Below are positions 10,928 to 23,592 of a stretch of DNA of 64,000 bases, piece by piece (the stretch's first letter is position 1; the number at the start of each line of letters is the position of its first letter). The DNA is from Camelus ferus (taxonomy: Eukaryota): positions 76,076,001 through 76,140,000 of the forward strand of contig NC_045697.1 in the NCBI RefSeq assembly GCF_009834535.1, read 5' to 3'. The translations under genes and the position numbers were made by a program. A model generated the notes under the pieces. It was given only the letters and a program-made list of their open reading frames with translations. It ran no database searches and was not told where the DNA came from.

Positions 10928-13874
10928 CTGCAAAGTAACCACAAGGTCAACAGTTAATACAGATACCCAGTTGCTGTCTCCTCTCCCCAAGACAAAGTTA
11001 CACAACAGCAGGAACTGGGCATCAGCATGACCCAAGAAGCTTCTCCAGACCTGGACAACTGCAATCACATGCTGTGCTCATTTAGATCTTCAGGATTTTC
11101 CCATTTAAATGCTTGTCAAGTACAATATCCCACTCAGAGACTAGCAGTTGTTTACCCAAGGCCCCTTCAGAGATTTAGGTGGCTCACTATTATTCCACAT
11201 GGCATCAGTTTCTGTACATACATATTAACACTCCCTTTTGGATTATCTCTTCAGGTTAAAGCCAACAAAGAGTTACTCGAGCAAAAGTTATGAATGTGTT
11301 ACAAGCTCTTTATTCATTACATATGTCTGGCACTTTAAAAAGGCACTCAAAAACTGCTGAATGAACAAATAAATGAATAAATATTGTCAACTTACAGGGT
11401 AAGTTTCTAAACAACTCAATAAATATGAATTTGCTGCATTGATATCCCCTTGGTTTACAGAATTCATAATTCTAGAGCTGTACATCTTTAAGAACCACAT
11501 TATACCATTTTTTCATGTTTCATACTTTTGTCAATCAAACATGGCCAGTGACCTGTTCTTATGCTTCAGCCCCGTTCATTTCATCATTAGGTTCTCTAGT
11601 TTCTAGAAGCCTTAATTGATAAAAGAGAATTTCCAATCTTGAGTTCAACTGTATAATGTGAAATATAGCTTGTAAGAACACTTTAAATTAGCATTTATAT
11701 TTTAACATTTAGCATTTATATTATGTCTTGTTTAAAAGTAAATTTTATTATTTAATTTAGAATTCTAAAACTACATGACAAAAACACTTTTTAAAGGTTC
11801 AGATTATTTATTTGGATTTCATCAATTTGAAATCTGGGATTCTTTTGTTTGGTTAAAGTTGAATTTTTCCCCCCTCTAAGAAAGTGCTTACTAAGCAAAT
11901 CAGTCATATAAACAAGACTCAGGCAGTTTAACCTAATTAGGGGACTGTTTTTTTAAAGAAACTCTACACCCCTCTCCCAAAGAAAGTAAATTCAACATAA
12001 TTTCATACATGAAAAATATGCTTCTGATTTTAAACCCATCTACTAGTTAAGGCAGTCTCAGGAAGATCTCTATTTAGAAACACTATGGTAATAACTTGTG
12101 AATTTAAGAGGAACAGACTATAATGAATTCGAAACAGTCTCTAATTCACTAGTTAGACATGCCTTCACCGTAACTAGTTTGTATTAGCGAGACTGTTACT
12201 GTACTACAGATTAAAATGATGTGAAATCACTTTCTCTAGAAACAAATACCTGTATTGAGGAAGTGCCTGAAACTGCACAGCGCAAACTGCTTAAAACGTA
12301 GGCAAGTATCTGAACGGCTGAGAGCTCGTGACACATCTGTGTGTGGTGGCTACACCTATGACATACACTGATTTTGTATTTCGTGTTTTTTTTTTACAAA
12401 TTAAGTATAAAAAGTACGTGGCTCCAACAGGAAGAACCATCCTCAGGAAAATCAGGAATAATTATCCTAAGAACACTTAATTCTTTCCAGTTAGTAATAG
12501 TAATTCTCTCCACTTCATCATTACAACCTCCACCCAAAAGAAACTTATAGGGAAAAAAAGCAAAGGGAAAAGAATCACACAATTTTAGATAATGATATAA
12601 TATCCATACTACACTTTCCCCGTTTTACAATTATCAGCTCTTCTCTTACGGCAAACGGGCAGCTCGTACCGCCCTTGGCGTTTATTAAATAGAGCACCAT
12701 CATCAAAGCCACACACGTTTTCTCTATATACCTCAGCACAGACATCTATGCATATAAATGTGTAAAAGGTTAAAAAAAATGTTTCAGTGCTTTTTCAAGT
12801 GTTAATGATACAGTTTGCCAAACACACGGAATAAGCTTCTTAAATACAAGGAATTCAGAATGCTAGAGCAAGTGGGGGGTGGGGGATGCTAGGAAAGGAG
12901 AATATTATTATTATAAACCCTTTAAAAAATGGAAGCAAAAATCTCAACACCCAAATGCTAAAATGAATGTATTTCAACTATACTTGAGAATAACTGCGTT
13001 GAGTTTCATTTCAAAAGTCTCATGAGAAGTATAATTGCCAAACAATCTACAGAGATATTTTCTTAAGGTAGTTAAAAAGAGTAAGCACTGCAGAAACCTT
13101 CTGGAAATATATATGTATATTTTGCATGCCTTTCTTATTTTCAGAGCACCACCTTAAGGAACTTGCATTAGCAGGCAGCATCTTCTTAATGTCTGACCTA
13201 TCCCTCCAGTCATATAGCTCAGAATCTGGTGCCATGAATTTTTGCTAAATTATGCTATCCTTGCTCTCCTCTTAATTTTACGGTTTTCAACACAGATTTG
13301 CTTTCCTGTGGGGAGGAGATAAGAAGCCGAGGATTTTAATTTAAGCTCTGGCCTTGTCTTATATTTTGCAAGATGGATAGCGAAAGCAGTACTAGTAGGT
13401 GTGTTAAAGCCAACAAGGATTATGTCCATTTTTGTGACCAAATAATAAGAGCAATAGGAAAGCTCAATAATATGAGTGAGCACAATTCTAAGGTTTATAT
13501 TTTGCCTCCTGCCGACCACCTCCACTATGTATGTAAACAGATCCAACGGGCACCACAGACGCTTGGCACGTCATCCTCACGGTCAAGTGTCCTCAGCCCT
13601 AAATCGTGGGCTTCGTCTGGTATCAGGAGTTACTGTCCTCCAATACTACATGCACACACAAGGCGAGAACCCAGGCACTGCTGCTTTATGTAAGTTTTAA
13701 GACAGATAATACAACCATTCTTAACTCCAGTCTCCAATAATAATGTGCTGTATATGGGAGAGAGGAGTAGGTGAGGGGAGGAATAACCAACTGACTACCT
13801 AGTTTCTATAGACAAACTTACGTAAGCACATTAGAATGCCTGGTTACACGTGTAGATGCGGGCATATGTATATA

Positions 13875-14100
13875 TTCACTAAACACCTAACACGTGCCAA
13901 GCAACATTCTAGCTCAGATGGCCAACAGAGATAAGGTCCCTGTCCTCATGTAGGTTCCTTTCTAGGGGCCTGGAAATGGGAATGAGGGTCCTGGAGACAA
14001 AAAATATATGTAAACAACAAAACAAACAAAGCAAGCAAAATCTGAAAAGATGGCATCAAGCACTATGAAGAAGAGGACCAGGTGATAGGAGGGACAGTGT
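13875..14100 (-). mobile_element. L2 LINE 3' fragment
   Basis: cacctaacacgtgccaagca ... aaggtccctgtcctcatg is the reverse complement of the typical L2 3' end. Confidence 0.55.
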
Positions 14101-14984
14101 ACATTAATTATATGCCTTCCTATCAAATTAAAGCTGTAAGAAACCAAAAGTTCATTTAGTCCAACATCCTTATTTTCTAAGACTGGAAGCTGATGAAGAG
14201 AGGTCAGCAGGGAATGTGTGACCAAGCCACGACTACCGTCAGCACTTACAATAAGACAGCCCTGCTCACTACACAACTCCAGTAATACAGGGTCACTGTG
14301 AATAAAATGGGGATGGAAACCCCTGGGGCACTCAATGCCGTGTAACCAAGTAGTAGAGAAGCCCCATCTTTTTGGCTCCTACTCTGTGCTGGGTGCTGTG
14401 CACATAGTACTGCACCTGATGGAACCCAAGTCTCCTGACTCCCACTCTGGAGCTTTTCCCAACACATCTCCCCGTAAGGACAGGAGGAAGGGTAAAAACC
14501 ACTTCTTTTTCATTCTCATGTACCAGACAGGTTAGGTCTCAGCTTCCAGGGGAGAACCACCAGGTGTTCCCAACATGTGTCCTTTGTGCATGCTGTCTTC
14601 CTGGGATAAACAGACAACCTCTCCACCTTTACAAGATGCCTGGCAGCCTTAAGTCATCCCAGATCTTCCACTCCTGCTCAGAGAGGTTCAGTCAGTTGTC
14701 TAAGCTCACGTGGCAGCAAGTGGCTAAGCCAGGCCACAGACTCTGATCTTCTGATTCCAGCTCCACATCTCAGGCAGGTGATGAGTCAGGTGAGCAATGG
14801 AAAATTAAGAAAGGTGGAAAGAACAGGTACTGGAAAAGGGGCAGAGAATATCAAGGGTGGATTCTAGAAGACAGCTCTCCTGCCCATACTCAGCACCCAC
14901 TCACAGTTACCCAGCAGGAAGCCCGCAATCCTTTCCCAAACCGGAAAAACCACCATCAGTCCATCCTACCCACGTAGCAAATAA

Positions 14985-15200
14985 TAATTACAGCAACTGA
15001 TACTTAACCAAGTACTTCTATGTACTAAGAACTTTTAAGTACCTTTGAGGCAGGCACTATCATTATTCTCCTTTTCCAGATGAGGAAACTGAGGCACAGA
15101 GAAGGAGGTAACTTTCCCAAGGGCATAGAGCTATTAAGTGGCGAAGCCAGGTTCAGATGTAGAAAGTCTGGCTCTAAAGACCACATTCATAACCAGTATA
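14985..15200 (-). mobile_element. MIR SINE
   Basis: Core cagatgaggaaactgaggcacagaga ... taactttcccaagg ... taagtggcgaagccagg ... gtctggctct. Confidence 0.85.
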
Positions 15201-16819
15201 CCATGAGGCCTCCATGAAGAGCCCAGTTCATAAAATCTTGGACACTGGGTTGACCATCTGGGCCATACCTAACAGTATGTGACATCCATAAAGTGACTGT
15301 GTGGTCTCTGTACCCGGCACAGGAATCGCATCAGACAAAGAGGCATCTCAGGAGAAGCGGTTATTGCTGCAGACTCAACGGCAGCCTTTCTCTCCAGGAC
15401 TGGAAAACATGCTGAGGAAGCTAGCTTGGCTGCCACCCAGGCTGGTCCCTGCAGGTAAGGACTTCTTTGGCATCATAGCCAATAAAACCCACACCTCCTG
15501 TGGACACGAAGTGGGTGCCACTTAGGGATCTTGAGAGCCACCCCAAAGCAGCCTTCCCAGAAATGACCCGCTCACCGCTGGCACTAACTCGAGCTGTCGT
15601 GAATGTTGTCAGCTTCTGAGGATGTGGTTCTGGGAAGGACTAAAAAGTGGTTCACTCCGTCCTGGCTAAGGCCATGGCCTGCTGGTAAGTGGAGTAACTG
15701 GGGGAGAAACCTGCTGGCCCGGTGGCTAGTCCCCATTCTGCACATCTCCAGATTTCCACTCAACCCGCCGCAGCACAGGATCTGGCTGTGCACAAAGGTC
15801 TGGAGTTCCGTTTTAACTGGCTGTGCATTTATCAGTAGTCCTCCTGGTAATAACCGAATCCAGGGGAATTTAAACACCCCACCAGCTGACTCAGATGAGG
15901 AATTTCATCTGGCCTCAATAGTTTCGGTGGCATTTTACTTCTTATTAAACTCTTAAGAAGCCTTGGTGTTCATGAAACAGAAGCTGTGTAATTTCATATC
16001 ATGCCTTCCCTTCTTCTCCTGAGAATCTGAGCTTCTCAAGCCTTCCCAGAAAGAGGAGTAGATCTATTTTACTTCAAAAGTATAGATAACAACGATTCTT
16101 GCATTAACTAGAACTCAAAAGTAATGCTTAGTACTAGAAATCTTTCCAAAGATCTACCAGAGCTAAACACCTAACACAGGACTGGTGTGGCTTTCAAACG
16201 TAAGACCACTGCTGGTCGTGATGCGGCAGCTCTTGTCAGATAATGACGAGGTCCCAGGCCCGCAGGCTTCCAGAGCAGGAGGCAGCAAAACTCTAAGGCT
16301 TGTGAAGGACAGATATTCCATGAGCCCAACTCTGGAGGCAAAGGGATGGTCTCCACTGGACGCCTGGGAAGCTCTCCCTAAAAGCGGAAGGGACATGCCG
16401 TAGGGGAAAGAATGCACACGGATTGGACACTCAGGAAGTGCTGTGCTTGTGGCCGTGCCTTTGTATCTCTGGCATCATCCACGTGGTGGGTGGTATCACC
16501 TCCACATTTATGGATGAGAAGGCTGAGTCCCCTTGGACACAGGGCGAAGTAATTACCGCGGAGAGAGGGCTTGTGAGGTGCTGTTGGAACCCCACGTCCC
16601 TGCTCGTCCTGCCCCATGCTGCTCACTACTCAGCTCCTCTTTCCACCTCGGCTCCAAACCACCATGCCAGCTGAGTGTGGCCTGCCCTAGGCTCCACCGT
16701 GATGAAGGGTCTGGATGGGAACAATGGGCCACTAGGAGAAGGCTGGCGTCACCAGCAGGACTACAGACCGGCCACGGGAACTGCTGCTAAGATGAAAAGG
16801 TGTGGAGTGCCCTCTGTGT

Positions 16820-17310
16820 TCCCAGTTCTCTGTCAGGCGATGATTTCTATACACTACCTCATTGAATCTTGAAATCATCCCTAAATTAGGAGTTATGATT
16901 TATGTTTGACAAAAGAAAACCAACGTTCTGAGAGGGTGAGTAGTTTATCTAAGATCACACAGGATATTAAGTAGCAGAGACAGGATTTGAACCCAAGTCG
17001 GTGACTCTGAATTCCACAACTTATTTCCTGAGGAACCCAAAATGGACAGTGCTGGCATCCTCTGGTTGCCAAGTGGATGAGATGAGTAATAATACAGTTT
17101 AATATTCAAGTACATGGGAACTGGAGACAGAGAGTTCAAATCCCAAACATTCAAATGCCACTGAGTTGCTATGCCTAGGTAATTCACTTTATTTTTCAGG
17201 ATCTGTTTCCCCATGGGTAAAATGGGTGGAATAATACCCTACAAGATTACTGATGATTAATGAACAAAGCAAGTAAAATATCTAAAGTCCTGGCATATAT
17301 GTTCAATACA
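16820..17310. mobile_element. Two oppositely oriented MIR relics (about 16820-17015 minus, about 17090-17310 plus)
   Basis: aagatcacacag...gcagagacaggatttgaacccaagtc (minus) and gagttcaaatccc...ctgtttccccatgggtaaaatggg (plus). Confidence 0.6.
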
Positions 17311-17474
17311 AATCTGTGGAATGGATAAAGAGGGAAGGGAAAAGAGGGCCCATAAATTAATTACTCTGCTCCCAGAAGTTCAAATCACTCATCTCTAAGA
17401 CACAGTAAGTTTTAGAATTTAGAACTGTGCCTTCTTTCAGATGACTTACCCACCAAACTCTCCCGTCAGCAACT

Positions 17475-18406
17475 GGTTTAATAGAGGACAGCTGGATTCT
17501 CACATCTGCTTTTACATTCAAATCTCCACTCTGCTGTTATTTTGGTTGAAATATAGGAAGAAAATCTGACCTCACATAGAAACTTTACTGAAAAGGGAAG
17601 GATTATTTTAACAGCTTTTTTCAGATAATGGTGGATCTTCTTCTTTGAAACTAAATCAAAACTCAACAAGTGGTAGTTTCCTAAAGGCTAGCTGCAATGT
17701 AGAGTCAAAAATGTTGCCAATATACTTTTTCTACTCTCCCATTAAAATCCATTGAGCTAATCTGCACTTTGAATTTACCCATGTGTCATTTTTGCATTGG
17801 TCATTTGGAAAACTGTTCACTAAGTTGACATATTTTGTTATTCAATATAAAATTCACATTCATTAATATCATTCATCTGATCAGAAAAACTTTAAGGATT
17901 TGGGGAGTCATCAAGCCTACAGTGGTGGACACAAGTTTCCTAAAATTCTAATTTTTGCTTGAAAGCTCCAATTTTATCACTTGGTAACAAATGCTGTCAG
18001 CTGCTTCTACTGAAGAGAGAAATTCACTTTGCTCATTTGTGAGAAAGCATCTGTCAGATACCAAAGTCCAAAGAACCACAGTTTGTCAGCCTTTCTTCAA
18101 AGGGTCAAGATTTAATAAAATTAAAAATTTTTATTGCTTCATTAAGGATATTCTTAAGTGACACTGGCATTTTTTTTTTTTCTGGGGAGGGTGTAGTGGT
18201 GCAGAACTCAATGACTGTTAGTACTATTTGGTGCCAAGGAACCAACAGTTTTACCCAGTGTTGCTCCTGCACCATTGATGCAAATGCCAACACAATGGAA
18301 AAGGCAAATAATGTGTTGCTGTTTTCATGAGAGTAGTTTTGACCTCGTGGACCCCCTACCCTCATGGAGCCCTGGGGGGCCACAGGTAACGCTTTGAGAA
18401 CTGCTG
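17475..18406 (-). mobile_element. hAT-Charlie1-family DNA transposon with decayed transposase remnants
   Basis: Minus-strand peptides KKMPVSLKNILNEAIKIFNFIKS and LCEVRFSSYISTK resemble Charlie/ZBED5-type transposase, including the C-terminal dimerisation region. Terminal repeat ctttgagaactgctg ends at 18406. Confidence 0.85.
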
Positions 18407-19115
18407 CCTTTACTGAAGTCATGGTACAGAGACAGTTGTTGACTGTAGATGATCCAAGCTAATAAACTGAAAAGTATTATTTCAGTTAAGTTGAATTCAG
18501 AGGAAAACTGACTTATGAGTTACAAAGGTGGAATGTTTTCATGATGTACTAAGCTATCATTTTTTTCCTTCCTCCTTGCTAGTGCTATAAATCTACAAAT
18601 CAAGAGAAATTTGAAAAGCAAACAATCAAAAATAATATATACCTCATCCTTTTAAATGACATTTAAATTTTTAAATACTCCTTCAACTTCTTTAACTTGA
18701 TATAGAGCCCCAGACTTGTGTTTTTTCATTCAATTTTGAATTATTTTCTTCAAAGGAATTCTTGATACACAATAGCTGGGAATACAGATTTGCACCCTTT
18801 GGTGCTAAGAAGGCTTCTCAACTCCCTCAGGTACACGCAGCACCACTGGCTCTGTGCTTGCACCCGCAGGACGTGACACCATGCATTTACCACACTGTAT
18901 TGTTGCTACTTGTTTGTGCATCTGTTTTCTCTCACATGACAGAGGTCAGACCTTGGTAACTTATCGCCAGCATCTGGCACAGGTCCTGGTAAAGTGGAGA
19001 CATTCAATACCTACTTCTCATGACTAATGGTCTAAATGAGGCTTTCAACACTAAGAAGTCAGCTCCTTTCAAGAAAGAATTCATACCCTTAAATTAAAAA
19101 CAGGGATTGATCCTC

Positions 19116-19545
19116 GTATTTTCTATTGCTGCCTAAAGAATTACCACAAATTTATTAGCAGCTTAACACATCACAATGTACTGTCTCATGGCTTCCGTGG
19201 GGCAGGACCCCAGCATGGTGTGACCGGGCTCCTGGCTCAGGGTACCACAGGTGTTGGCGGGGCTGAGTTCCTGTCTGGAGGCTCTGTGAGCTCGCTCTTG
19301 CTGTTAGTGTAATTCAGTTGCTTGTGGTGTCCCCATTTCCCTGCTGGTTGTCAGGTGGGGCCACTCATAGTCCCTGACAAGCAGCTCCTCCAACTTATAG
19401 CCAGTAATGGTACATCAAATAAATGTTTCTTGCTTTGAATCTCTGACCTCCTCATCCATGACCACTGGAGAAACCTCTCTGCTTTCCAAGGGCCCCTGAG
19501 ACTATGTCAGGCCTACCCCATAATCACTCTTTCCTAAAGCCAACA
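19116..19545 (-). mobile_element. MLT1-type MaLR solo LTR
   Basis: ttctattgctgc...aattaccacaaa...gcagctta, gggctgagttcctgtctggaggctct and tttgaatctctgacc are typical MLT1(E/F-like) motifs in reverse orientation. Confidence 0.75.
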
Positions 19546-20852
19546 GTGAGAGTGGGGGGATGGGAGCTGGATGGGAGCTGGGTGGGAGAGGCGCTGTGAT
19601 CAGCTCAGGGTGCTGCAGGACCTGACGCCATCTGTTAAGACACAGATAACCCACTTCAGTTTCTTATTTTTTCTATTTGCAAAACGTTATCACCAATTAA
19701 TCTTTAGCAGATAAAAATGAAATGCCACTACAAATGTCATTACCTGGTGTTATAGTTATTCTAGTTACATTATAAAGTTCTGAGCTTTAGTTTTGTGTTT
19801 TTCTCTTTACTTTCTTTTAATCCAGAGGCTACATCGTCCAGAGCGTGTTACTCTCTCGTCAGAGCTGACCGCAGTCGCGGCTCAGAGGGGAAGGGACGGG
19901 AGAGGATTTGCACATCTTCCCCTCCCCTCCTCCCAACGTCAGGAAATCAGGGGAATTATGTGCAAGGAAAGTTCCATGCTAACTACAGGGTCATGGCTTA
20001 AAGAATGCGAAAGGGCCATCACCAAACAGAGTTGAGGCTCCAAATAAATTTATTTTGAAGAAAATTTTAAAAGAGCTTTGGCTTTCTCTTCAACATTAAC
20101 AACCAGCATATGTCTGCTTTTGGCCAATCATTTGCCTTTTAAGAAAATCTTCAGACAAATCATTATTTTATATTTAAGTACAACTCTTTTATTACATGGT
20201 TCTGTCTAACCTGAAGCTTTAATTATCTGACACTTTAGGGGGCATATAATTTGTCTTACCATTTATTAATCACTAATAATGCACTAAATGGTGTATGAAA
20301 TAAACATGATAGAGGAGAAATAATATAGGTTGCAATAGTTAAAAACCTGGATTGCTTGAATGAGAAAGACAAGAGAAGGGACATTCACTGAATATTTACT
20401 GTATTCTAGGAACTATGAACAATACTTTTACACTTGTGATCAAATTTATTCCCTCATTTTAAATGAGGAAACAAACAGGCTCAGAAAGGTTAAGGTCACA
20501 CGGGTTAGCCTGTAAATGGCTGAACCTGAATTAAATACAGATCTATTCTATCCCAAACAGTGCTTGAGTGGCCCTACCTCACAACCAGATGAACTGTGAA
20601 CTGCTGAAAAGAGTGGCAACAAAAGGGAATAACTCACTCTGGGAGCTAAAAGGGGATCCATACTTTTCGGTAACTGCAGTCTATAAACAGAGGAACTAGG
20701 GTTAAGCTGAGAAAGATCAGAGTAAAAGGGAAAATGACTTATAATTATGTAAAGTTGCAACATCCTATTATTTGATTCATTTCACAACACCTTCACCACA
20801 CCCCTAATCCTCTGAGTGTTGCCTTTATTTTTCATGTTAAATATTGCCCTTG

Positions 20853-22950
20853 AAGGATCCAAAGTGGAAGGGAACAAGTAAAACTGTCACTATATGTGAA
20901 TGACATGTTACTATATATAGAAAACCCTAAAGGCTCCACACAAAAACTGCTAGAGCTGATAAAAGAATTCAGCAAGGTAGCAGGACACAAGATTAACATA
21001 CAGAAATCAGTTGCATTTCTTTACACTAATTATGAAATATGAGAAAAGGAATGTAAAGAAAAAAATCCCTTTTAAAATCTTATCCAAAAAAATAAAATAT
21101 TTAGGAGTAAATCTGACCAAGGAGGTGAAAGACTTACACGTGGAAAACTACAAAACATTAAAGAAATTAAAGATGACATAAAGAAATAGAAAGATATCCC
21201 ATGCTCTTGGATTGGAAGAATTAATGTTGTTAAAATGGCCATACCGCCCAAGGCAATCTACAGATTTAATGCGATCCCTATCAAATTACCCAAGACATAT
21301 TTCACAACTGGAACAAATAATCTTAATATTTATATAGAATCACAAAAGACCCAGCATTACTAAAGCAATACTGAAGAAAAAGAATGAAGCTGGATGAATA
21401 ACCCTTCCAGATTTCAGACAATACTACAGACCTATAGCAATGAAAACAGCATGGTATTGTCACAAAAATAGACACACAGATCAATGGAACAGAATAGAGA
21501 GCCAAAAAATAAACCCACAGACTTATGGCCAATTAATCTTCAACAAAGGAGGCAAGAATATACAATGGAGTAAAGACAATCTCTTCAGCAAATGGTGTTG
21601 GGAAAACTGGGAAGCTGCATGTAAATCAGTGAAGTCAGAACATTCCCTCATGCCATATACAAAAATAAACTCAAAATGGCTTAAAGTCTTAAACATAAGA
21701 CAATACACTATAAACCTCTTAGAAGAAAACATAGGCAAACCATTATCTGACATGAATCTTAGCAACTGTCTCCTAGGGCAGTCTACCCAGGCAATAGAAA
21801 TAAAAGCAAAAATAAACAAATGGGGCCTAATTAAACTTATAAGCTTTTGCACAGCAATGAAAACCATAAGCAAAATAAAAACCTATAGAATGGGAGAAAA
21901 TATTTGCAAAAGATGAGACTGACAAGGCCTTAACTTCCAGAATATATGAACAGCTCATACAACTTAATAATAAAAAACCCCAAAAAACCCAATCCAAAAA
22001 TAGGCAGAAAACCTAAACAAGCACTTCTCCAATGAAGACATACAAATGGCCAACAGGCACATGAAAAAATGCTCAATATCACTAATTATCAGAGAAATGC
22101 AAATCAAAACTACAACGAAGTATCACCTGACACCAGTCAGATGGACATCATTAAAAAGTTCACAAATGATAATGCTGGAGAGGGTTTGGAGAAAAGGGAA
22201 CCCTCTTACACTGTTGGTAGGAATGCAGTTTGGTGCAGCCATTAGGGAAAATAGTATGGAGATTCCTTAAAAAACTAAAAGTAGACTTACCATATGATCC
22301 AGCAATCCCACTCCTGGGCACATATCCAGAAGGAACTCTAATTCGAAAAGCTATATGCACCACAATGTTCACAGCAGCACTATATACAACAGCCAAGACA
22401 TGGAAACAACCTCAATGTCCATCAATAGGTGACTGGATAAAGAAGTTGTCATGTATTTATACAATGGAATACTACTCAGCCACAAAAAATAAAATAATGA
22501 ATGCCATTTGCAGCAACATAGATGGACCTAGAGATAGTCATTTTAAGTGAAGTTAAGCCAGAAATAGAAAGCAAAATACCATATGATATCACTCATAGGT
22601 GGAATCTAACAAAAAAAAAAAAAGAAAAAAAGGACACTATGAACTCATCTACAAAACAGAAACAGACTTGCAGACACAGCAAACAATCTTATGGTTATCA
22701 GGGAAAGGGGATGGGAAGGGATAAATTTGAGAGTTTGAGATTTGCAAATGTTAGCCACTATATATAAAAATAGATTTTAAAAGTTTCTTCTGTATAGCAC
22801 AGGGAACTATGTTCAATATCTTGTAATAACCTTTAATGAAAAAGAATATGAAAATGAATGTGTGTATTTATATGCATGACTGGGACATTGTGCTGTACAC
22901 CAAAAACTGACACACTGTAACTGACTGTACTTCAGTTTAAAAGAAAAAGA
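20853..22950 (+). mobile_element. 5'-truncated LINE-1 (ORF2 RT and C-terminal part plus 3'UTR and A-rich tail), inactive, antisense to LEF1
   Basis: [17 protein letters not shown] (F/YADD motif decayed to YVND). ORFs 21440..21916, 22046..22270 and 22230..22550 are frameshifted L1 ORF2 pieces ([35 protein letters not shown]). Cetartiodactyl-type 3'UTR (tgtatagcacagggaacta). Confidence 0.97.
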
Positions 22951-23265
22951 AGACATATGTGCCAATTTTGTCCCATCAAGCTGTCTCTGCTTTTAATAAG
23001 TGCTATGTGTAAAACAGTCTCTGCTTAAAACTGGGTGTTTTGCAAAGTGAAAAGAATAACATTTCAGTCTGTGGGGATCCTCATTTTTCTATAGAATTTG
23101 CTGAAGAGACTTTCAAAAGAAAAAAAGTACAAATTATTTTGGGTTCAGCTCCTAACAATAAAACTCTAACTGAGAGCTAAGGTTTATTAAGAAAAGCAAA
23201 CCATTTTCTATGAATGTATAAATATGATATTTATACTGTAAGATAAGCACTAAGCTATTCTAAGG

Positions 23266-23592
23266 AGCTATTTTGTCCACTATGGTAGCCGTTGGTCACC
23301 AGCTTTTCAGGGCTTGAAATGTGTTCAGTCTGAATATAGATGTGCTATATGTGTAAAAGACACACTCGATTTCAAACATTTAATGTGGAAAAAAGAATGT
23401 AAAGTATCTCAGGAAGCTTTTAGATTGATTACATGTTGAAATAACATTTTGGTTATATACTGTATTAAAAAGTTATTATTAAAATTAGTTTTACCCATCT
23501 CTACTGTTTTATGGGGCTACTAGAAAATTTAAAATTACATATATGACTTGCATTTCTGGACTTGCACTGTATTTCTATCAGGTAGCTCTGCT
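23266..23592. mobile_element. MER33-like hAT-Charlie element
   Basis: tgtccactatggtagcc ... gcttgaaatgtg ... agatgtgct ... gattacatgttgaaat ... gctactagaaaatttaaaattacatat, about 325 bp. Confidence 0.8.

Noticed and set aside
13373..13693. 106-aa ATG-initiated + strand ORF in a TE-poor block
   Set aside because: No recognisable similarity or splice context, and overlapping ORFs of similar size occur in other frames, which is consistent with chance.
10928..13700. Possible location of the intronic promoter for N-terminally truncated (dominant-negative) LEF1
   Set aside because: As I recall, that isoform initiates translation in exon 3, so its promoter lies upstream of exon 3 and outside this window. 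No TSS can be supported here from sequence.
17478..18422. Transposase-like peptides as a possible domesticated gene
   Set aside because: Multiple stops and frameshifts; an ordinary Charlie1-type fossil.
19610..19637. CTCF-like CGCCATCTG
   Set aside because: Only a partial core match, and the other half of the motif is missing.
21440..22767. Set of 74-158 aa ORFs that look like a protein-coding gene
   Set aside because: They are frameshifted pieces of L1 ORF2 and its 3'UTR, and the RT catalytic motif is decayed (YVND).
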